From: Gordius albopunctatus
Lineage: Eukaryota
Length of the DNA stretch: 64,000 bases
Direction: 5' to 3'
Assembly (NCBI GenBank): GCA_964276515.1
Contig: OZ193910.1
Coordinates: 7,068,001-7,132,000, forward strand
Below, piece after piece: positions 56,386 through 64,000 of this stretch. The translations under genes and the position numbers were made by a program. The notes under the pieces are model-generated. The model was not told the origin of the DNA and did no database searches. It worked only from the letters and a program-made list of their open reading frames with translations. Within the stretch, counting starts at the first letter, position 1, and the number at the start of each line of letters is the position of its first letter.

Positions 56386-59300
56386 AGTTCTCGCAGCTTG
56401 AAACTTCTTATATGGAGTCGATCGAGAAAAATAGGATTCTCAAATGAGCTTACTTTTTTATATTTTTTCAAGCTCTTTTACATAAAATAACAAAAAATAT
56501 ATTTTTCAGGTTAAAATAATTCACAATTTTTTCCTTTCAACCATATTCAACCGATGAAAGTTTTTATTTTCAGACGTGATTTCCATGATAAAAAGTCAAA
56601 ATTTATCAGAATTAGAGAACTATTACTTTTAAATCATCATCGCATAGAGCATTTTTCAAAGATTAAGCACTCACGTTGCGATACAACAAACTAATCGCAA
56701 CAATATAACGTTGTTTTTTCTCAAAATGATTGTTCTCGCAGATTAAAAATTCTTATAAGGAGTCGATCGAGAATAATAGGATTCTCAAATGAGCTTACTT
56801 TTATATATTTTTTCAAGCTCTTTTAGATAAAATAACAAAAAATATATTTTTTTAGGTTAAAATACTTCACAATTTTTTCCTTTCAACAATATTCAACCGA
56901 TGAAAGTTTTTATTTTCAGACGTGATTTCCATGATAAAAAGTCAAAATTTATCAGAATTAGAAAACTATTACTTTTAAATCATCCTCGCATAGAGCATGT
57001 TTCAAAGATTAAGCACTCACGTTGCGATACAACAAACTAATCGCAACAATATAACGTTGTCTTTTCTCAAAATGATAGTTCTCGCAGCTTGAAACTTCTT
57101 ATATGGAGTCGATCGAGAAAAATAGGATTCTCAAATGAGCTTACTTTTTTATATTTTTTCAAGCTCTTTTACATAAAATAACAAAAAATATATTTTTTCA
57201 GGTTAAAATAATTCACAATTTTTTCCTTTCAACCATATTCAACCGATGAAAGTTTTTATTTTCAGACGTGATTTCCATGATAAAAAGTCAAAATTTATCA
57301 GAATTAAAGAACTATTACTTTTAAATCATCATCGCATAGAGCATTTTTCAAAGATTAAGCACTCACGTTGCGATACAACAAACTAATCGCAACAATATAA
57401 CGTTGTCTTTTCTCAAAATGATAGTTCTCGCAGCTTGAAACTTCTTATATGGAGTCGATCGAGAAAAATAGGATTCTCAAATGAGCTTACTTTTTTATAT
57501 TTTTTCAAGCTCTTTTACATAAAATAACAAAAAATATATTTTTCAGGTTAAAATAATTCACAATTTTTTCCTTTCAACCATATTCAACCGATGAAAGTTT
57601 TTATTTTCAGACGTGATTTCCATGATAAAAAGTCAAAATTTATCAGAATTAGAAGACTATTACTTTTAAATCATCATCGCATAGAGCATTTTTCAAAAAT
57701 TAGGCACTCACGTTGCGATACAACAAACTAATCGCAACAATATAACGTTCTCCTTTTCTCAAAATGATTGTTCTCGCAGCTTAAAAATTCTTATAAGGAG
57801 TCGATCGAGAATAATAGGATTCTCAAATGAGCTTACTTTTATATATTTTTTCAAGCTCTTTTAGATAAAATAACAAAAAATATATTTTTTCAGGTTACAA
57901 TACTTCACAATTTTTTCCTTTCAACCATATTCAACCGATGAAATTTTTTATTTTCAGACATGATTTCCATGATAAAAAGTCAAAATTAATCAGAATTAGA
58001 AAACTATTACTTTTAAATCATTATCGCATAGAGCATGTTTCAAAAATTAAGCACTCACGTTGCGATACAACAAACTAATCGCAACAATATAACGTTGACT
58101 TTTCTCAAAATGATTGTTCTCGCAACTTTAAACTTCTTATATGGAGTCGATCGAGAATAATAGGATTCTCAAATTAGCTTACTTTTATATATTTTATCAA
58201 GCTCTTTTACATAAAATAACACAAATTATATTTATTTAGCTCCGAATAACTCACAATTTTTTCCATTCAACCATATTCATCCAATGAAAGTTTTATTTTC
58301 AGACGTGATTTCCATGATAAAAAGTTAAAATTTATCAGAATTAGAGAACTATTACTTTGAAATCATCCTCGCATAGAGCATGTTTCAAAAATTAAGCACT
58401 CACGTTGCGATACAACAAACTAATCGCAACAATATAACGTTTGACTTTTCTCAAAATGATAGTTCTCGCAGCTTGAAACTTCTTATATGGAGTCGATCGA
58501 GAAAAATAGGATTCTCAAATGAGCTTACTTTTTTATATTTTTTCAAGCTCTTTTACATAAAATAACAAAAAATATATTTTTTCAGGTTAAAATACTTCAC
58601 AATTTTTTCCTTTCAACCATATTCAACCGATGAAATTTTTTATTTTCAGACGTGATTTCCATGATAAAAAGTCAAAATTTATCAGAATTAGAAAACTATT
58701 ACTTTTAAATCATCATCGCATAGAGCATGTTTCAAAAATTAAGCACTCACGTTGCGATACAACAAACTAATCGCAACAATATAACGTTGACTTTTCTCAA
58801 AATGATTGTTCTCGCAACTTTAAACTTCTTATATGGAGTCGATCGAGAATAATAGGATTCTCAAATTAGCTTACTTTTATATATTTTATCAAGCTCTTTT
58901 ACATAAAATAACACAAATTATATTTATTTAGCTCCGAATAACTCACAATTTTTTCCATTCAACCATATTCATCCAATGAAAGTTTTATTTTCCGACCTGA
59001 TTTCCATGATAAAAAGTTAAAATTTATCAGAATTAGAGAACTATTATTTGAAATCATCATCGCATAGAGCATGTTTCAAAAATTAAGCACTCACTTTGCG
59101 ATACAACAAACTAATCGCAACAATATAACGTTGTTTTTTCTCAAAATGATTGTTCTCGCAGATTAAAAATTCTTATAAGGAGTCGATCGAGAATAATAGG
59201 ATTCTCAAATGAGCTTACTTTTATATATTTTTTCAAGCTCTTTTAGATAAAATAACAAAAAATATATTTTTTCAGGTTAAAATACTTCACAATTTTTTCC

Positions 59301-62300
59301 TTTCAACAATATTCAACCGATGAAAGTTTTTATTTTCAGACGTGATTTCCATGATAAAAAGTCAAAATTTATCAGAATTAGATAACTATTACTTTTAAAT
59401 CATCATCGCATAGAGCATGTTTCAAAGATTAAGCACTCTCGTTGCGATACAACAAACTAATCGCAACAATATAACGTTGTCTTTTCTCAAAATGATAGTT
59501 CTCGCAGCTTGAAACTTCTTATATGGAGTCGATCGAGAAAAATAGGATTCTCAAATGAGCTTACTTTTTTATATTTTTTCAAGCTCTTTTACATAAAATA
59601 ACAAAAAATATATTTTTTCAGGTTAAAATACTTCACAATTTTTTCCTTTCAACCATATTCAACCGATGAAATTTTTTATTTTCAGACATGATTTCCATGA
59701 TAAAAAGTCAAAATTAATCAGAATTAGAAAACTATTACTTTTAAATCATTATCGCATAGAGCATGTTTCAAAAATTAAGCACTCACGTTGCGATACAACA
59801 AACTAATCGCAACAATATAACGTTGACTTTTCTCAAAATGATTGTTCTCGCAACTTTAAACTTCTTATATGGAGTCGATCGAGAATAATAGGATTCTCAA
59901 ATTAGCTTACTTTTATATATTTTATAAAGCTCTTTTACATAAAATAACACAAATTATATTTATTTAGCTCCGAATAACTCACAATTTTTTCCATTCAACC
60001 ATATTCATCCAATGAAAGTTTTATTTTCAGACGTGATTTCCATGATAAAAAGTTAAAATTTATCAGAATTAGAGAACTATTACTTTGAAATCATCCTCGC
60101 ATAGAGCATGTTTCAAAAATTAAGCACTCACGTTGCGATACAACAAACTAATCGCAACAATATAACGTTGTCTTTTCTCAAAATGATAGTTCTCGCAGCT
60201 TGAAACTTCTTATATGGAGTCGATCGAGAAAAATAGGATTCTCAAATGAGCTTACTTTTTTATATTTTTTCAAGCTCTTTTACATAAAATAACAAAAAAT
60301 ATATTTTTTCAGGTTAAAATACTTCACAATTTTTTCCTTTCAACCATATTCAACCGATGAAATTTTTTATTTTCAGACGTGATTTCCATGATAAAAAGTC
60401 AAAATTTATCAGAATTAGAAAACTATTACTTTTAAATCATCATCGCATAGAGCATGTTTCAAAAATTAAGCACTCACGTTGCGATACAACAAACTAATCG
60501 CAACAATATAACGTTGACTTTTCTCAAAATGATTGTTCTCGCAACTTTAAACTTCTTATATGGAGTCGATCGAGAATAATAGGATTCTCAAATTAGCTTA
60601 CTTTTATATATTTTATCAAGCTCTTTTACATAAAATAACACAAATTATATTTATTTAGCTCCGAATAACTCACAATTTTTTCCAATCAACCATATTCATC
60701 CAATGAAAGTTTTATTTTCCGACCTGATTTCCATGATAAAAAGTTAAAATTTATCAGAATTAGAGAACTATTATTTGAAATCATCATCGCATAGAGCATG
60801 TTTCAAAAATTAAGCACTCACTTTGCGATACAACAAACTAATCGCAACAATATAACGTTGTTTTTTCTCAAAATGATTGTTCTCGCAGATTAAAAATTCT
60901 TATAAGGAGTCGATCGAGAATAATAGGATTCTCAAATGAGCTTACTTTTATATATTTTTTCAAGCTCTTTTAGATAAAATAACAAAAAATATATTTTTTC
61001 AGGTTAAAATACTTCACAATTTTTTCCTTTCAACAATATTCAACCGATGAAAGTTTTTATTTTCAGACGTGATTTCCATGATAAAAAGACAAAATTTATC
61101 AGAATTAGATAACTATTACTTTTAAATCATCATCGCATAGAGCATGTTTCAAAGATTAAGCACTCTCGTTGCGATACAACAAACTAATCGCAACAATATA
61201 ACGTTGTCTTTTCTCAAAATGATAGTTCTCGCAGCTTGAAACTTCTTATATGGAGTCGATCGAGAAAAATAGGATTCTCAAATGAGCTTACTTTTTTATA
61301 TTTTTTCAAGCTCTTTTACATAAAATAACAAAAAATATATTTTTTCAGGTTAAAATAATTCACAATTTTTTCCTTTCAACCATATTCAACCGATGAAAGT
61401 TTTTATTTTCAGACGTGATTTCCATGATAAAAAGTCAAAATTTATCAGAATTAGAGAACTATTACTTTTAAATCATCATCGCATAGAGCATTTTTCAAAG
61501 ATTAAGCACTCACGTTGCGATACAACAAACTAATCGCAACAATATAACGTTGTCTTTTCTCAAAATGATAGTTCTCGCAGCTTGAAACTTCTTATATGGA
61601 GTCGATCGAGAAAAATAGGATTCTCAAATGAGCTTACTTTTTTATATTTTTTCAAGCTCTTTTACATAAAATAACAAAAAATATATTTTTCAGGTTAAAA
61701 TAATTCACAATTTTTTCCTTTCAACCATATTCAACCGATGAAAGTTTTTATTTTCAGACGTGATTTCCATGATAAAAAGTCAAAATTTATCAGAATTAGA
61801 AAACTATTACTTTTAAATCATCATCGCATAGAGCATTTTTCAAAAATTAGGCACTCACGTTGCGATACAACAAACTAATCGCAACAATATAACGTTCTCC
61901 TTTTCTCAAAATGATTGTTCTCGCAGCTTAAAAATTCTTATAAGGAGTCGATCGAGAATAATAGGATTCTCAAATGAGCTTACTTTTATATATTTTTTCA
62001 AGCTCTTTTAGATAAAATAACAAAAAATATATTTTTTCAGGTTAAAATACTTCACAATTTTTTCCTTTCAACCATATTCAACCGATGAAATTTTTTATTT
62101 TCAGACATGATTTCCATGATAAAAAGTCAAAATTAATCAGAATTAGAAAACTATTACTTTTAAATCATTATCGCATAGAGCATGTTTCAAAAATTAAGCA
62201 CTCACGTTGCGATACAACAAACTAATCGCAACAATATAACGTTGACTTTTCTCAAAATGATTGTTCTCGCAACTTTAAACTTCTTATATGGAGTCGATCG

Positions 62301-64000
62301 AGAATAATAGGATTCTCAAATTAGCTTACTTTTATATATTTTATCAAGCTCTTTTACATAAAATAACACAAATTATATTTATTTATCTCCGAATAACTCA
62401 CAATTTTTTCCATTCAACCATATTCATCCAATGAAAGTTTTATTTTCCGACCTGATTTCCATGATAAAAAGTTAAAATTTATCAGAATTAGAGAACTATT
62501 ATTTGAAATCATCATCGCATAGAGCATGTTTCAAAAATTAAGCACTCACTTTGCGATACAACAAACTAATCGCAACAATATAACGTTGTTTTTTCTCAAA
62601 ATGATTGTTCTCGCAGATTAAAAATTCTTATAAGGAGTCGATCGAGAATAATAGGATTCTCAAATGAGCTTACTTTTATATATTTTTTCAAGCTCTTTTA
62701 GATAAAATAACAAAAAATATATTTTTTTAGGTTAAAATACTTCACAATTTTTTCCTTTCAACAATATTCAACCGATGAAAGTTTTTATTTTCAGACGTGA
62801 TTTCCATGATAAAAAGTCAAAATTTATCAGAATTAGAAAACTATTACTTTTAAATCATCATCGCATAGAGCATGTTTCAAAGATTAAGCACTCACGTTGC
62901 GATACAACAAACTAATCGCAACAATATAACGTTGTCTTTTCTCAAAATGATAGTTCTCGCAGCTTGAAACTTCTTATATGGAGTCGATCGAGAAAAATAG
63001 GATTCTCAAATGAGCTTACTTTTTTATATTTTTTCAAGCTCTTTTACATAAAATAACAAAAAATATATTTTTTCAGGTTAAAATAATTCACAATTTTTTC
63101 CTTTCAACCATATTCAACCGATGAAAGTTTTTATTTTCAGACGTGATTTCCATGATAAAAAGTCAAAATTTATCAGAATTAGAGAACTATTACTTTTAAA
63201 TCATCATCGCATAGAGCATTTTTCAAAGATTAAGCACTCACGTTGCGATACAACAAACTAATCGCAACAATATAACGTTGTCTTTTCTCAAAATGATAGT
63301 TCTCGCAGCTTGAAACTTCTTATATGGAGTCGATCGAGAAAAATAGGATTCTCAAATGAGCTTACTTTTTTATATTTTTTCAAGCTCTTTTACATAAAAT
63401 AACAAAAAATATATTTTTCAGGTTAAAATAATTCACAATTTTTTCCTTTCAACCATATTCAACCGATGAAAGTTTTTATTTTCAGACGTGATTTCCATGA
63501 TAAAAAGTCAAAATTTATCAGAATTAGAAGACTATTACTTTTAAATCATCATCGCATAGAGCATTTTTCAAAAATTAGGCACTCACGTTGCGATACAACA
63601 AACTAATCGCAACAATATAACGTTCTCCTTTTCTCAAAATGATTGTTCTCGCAGCTTAAAAATTCTTATAAGGAGTCGATCGAGAATAATAGGATTCTCA
63701 AATGAGCTTACTTTTATATATTTTTTCAAGCTCTTTTAGATAAAATAACAAAAAATATATTTTTTCAGGTTACAATACTTCACAATTTTTTCCTTTCAAC
63801 CATATTCAACCGATGAAATTTTTTATTTTCAGACATGATTTCCATGATAAAAAGTCAAAATTAATCAGAATTAGAAAACTATTACTTTTAAATCATTATC
63901 GCATAGAGCATGTTTCAAAAATTAAGCACTCACGTTGCGATACAACAAACTAATCGCAACAATATAACGTTGACTTTTCTCAAAATGATTGTTCTCGCAA

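Larger units (their letters stand above)
1..64000 (+). repeat. Tandem satellite DNA array, ~345-346 bp AT-rich monomer, ~185 head-to-tail copies, extending beyond both window edges
   Basis: The anchor AACTATTA recurs at 1, 347, 693 and so on up to 63877 (mean period ~345.3 bp). Every monomer carries the same ordered motifs (ATCGCATAGAGCAT, TTGCGATACAACAAACTAATCGCAAC, GAGTCGATCGAGAA, TGATTTCCATGATAAAA). No unique sequence, inversion or insertion was seen. Confidence 0.99.

Noticed and set aside
58380..58565. 61-aa ORF (MFQKLSTHVA...)
   Set aside because: It is produced by a single private 1-bp insertion (AACGTTTGAC, ~58441) in one monomer, so it is a chance ORF.
1..64000. CRISPR-like array (palindromic repeats at regular spacing)
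   Set aside because: There are no unique spacers, the entire 346-bp unit repeats, and no cas genes are present.

Overview
The whole 64-kb window is one uninterrupted, head-to-tail, AT-rich tandem satellite array. The monomer is about 344-347 bp (reference monomer 1-346; 93/346 = ~27% G+C by hand count), with about 185 complete copies plus a partial one, all in the same orientation. It looks like eukaryotic heterochromatic or centromeric-type satellite DNA. I cannot assign the species or satellite family from the sequence. I see no credible gene, RNA gene, transposon or CRISPR array, and the two short ORFs are by-products of mutations in single monomers. The informative structure lies in five things: (i) a monomer densely tiled with dyad symmetries, (ii) variants that turn quasi-palindromes into perfect palindromes, (iii) CpG excess rather than depletion, (iv) monomers that are mosaics of a few haplotype blocks, and (v) nested 1- to 34-monomer duplications and variant domains recording the array's expansion. 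All offsets were counted by hand from rare marker variants and may be off by a few bases.
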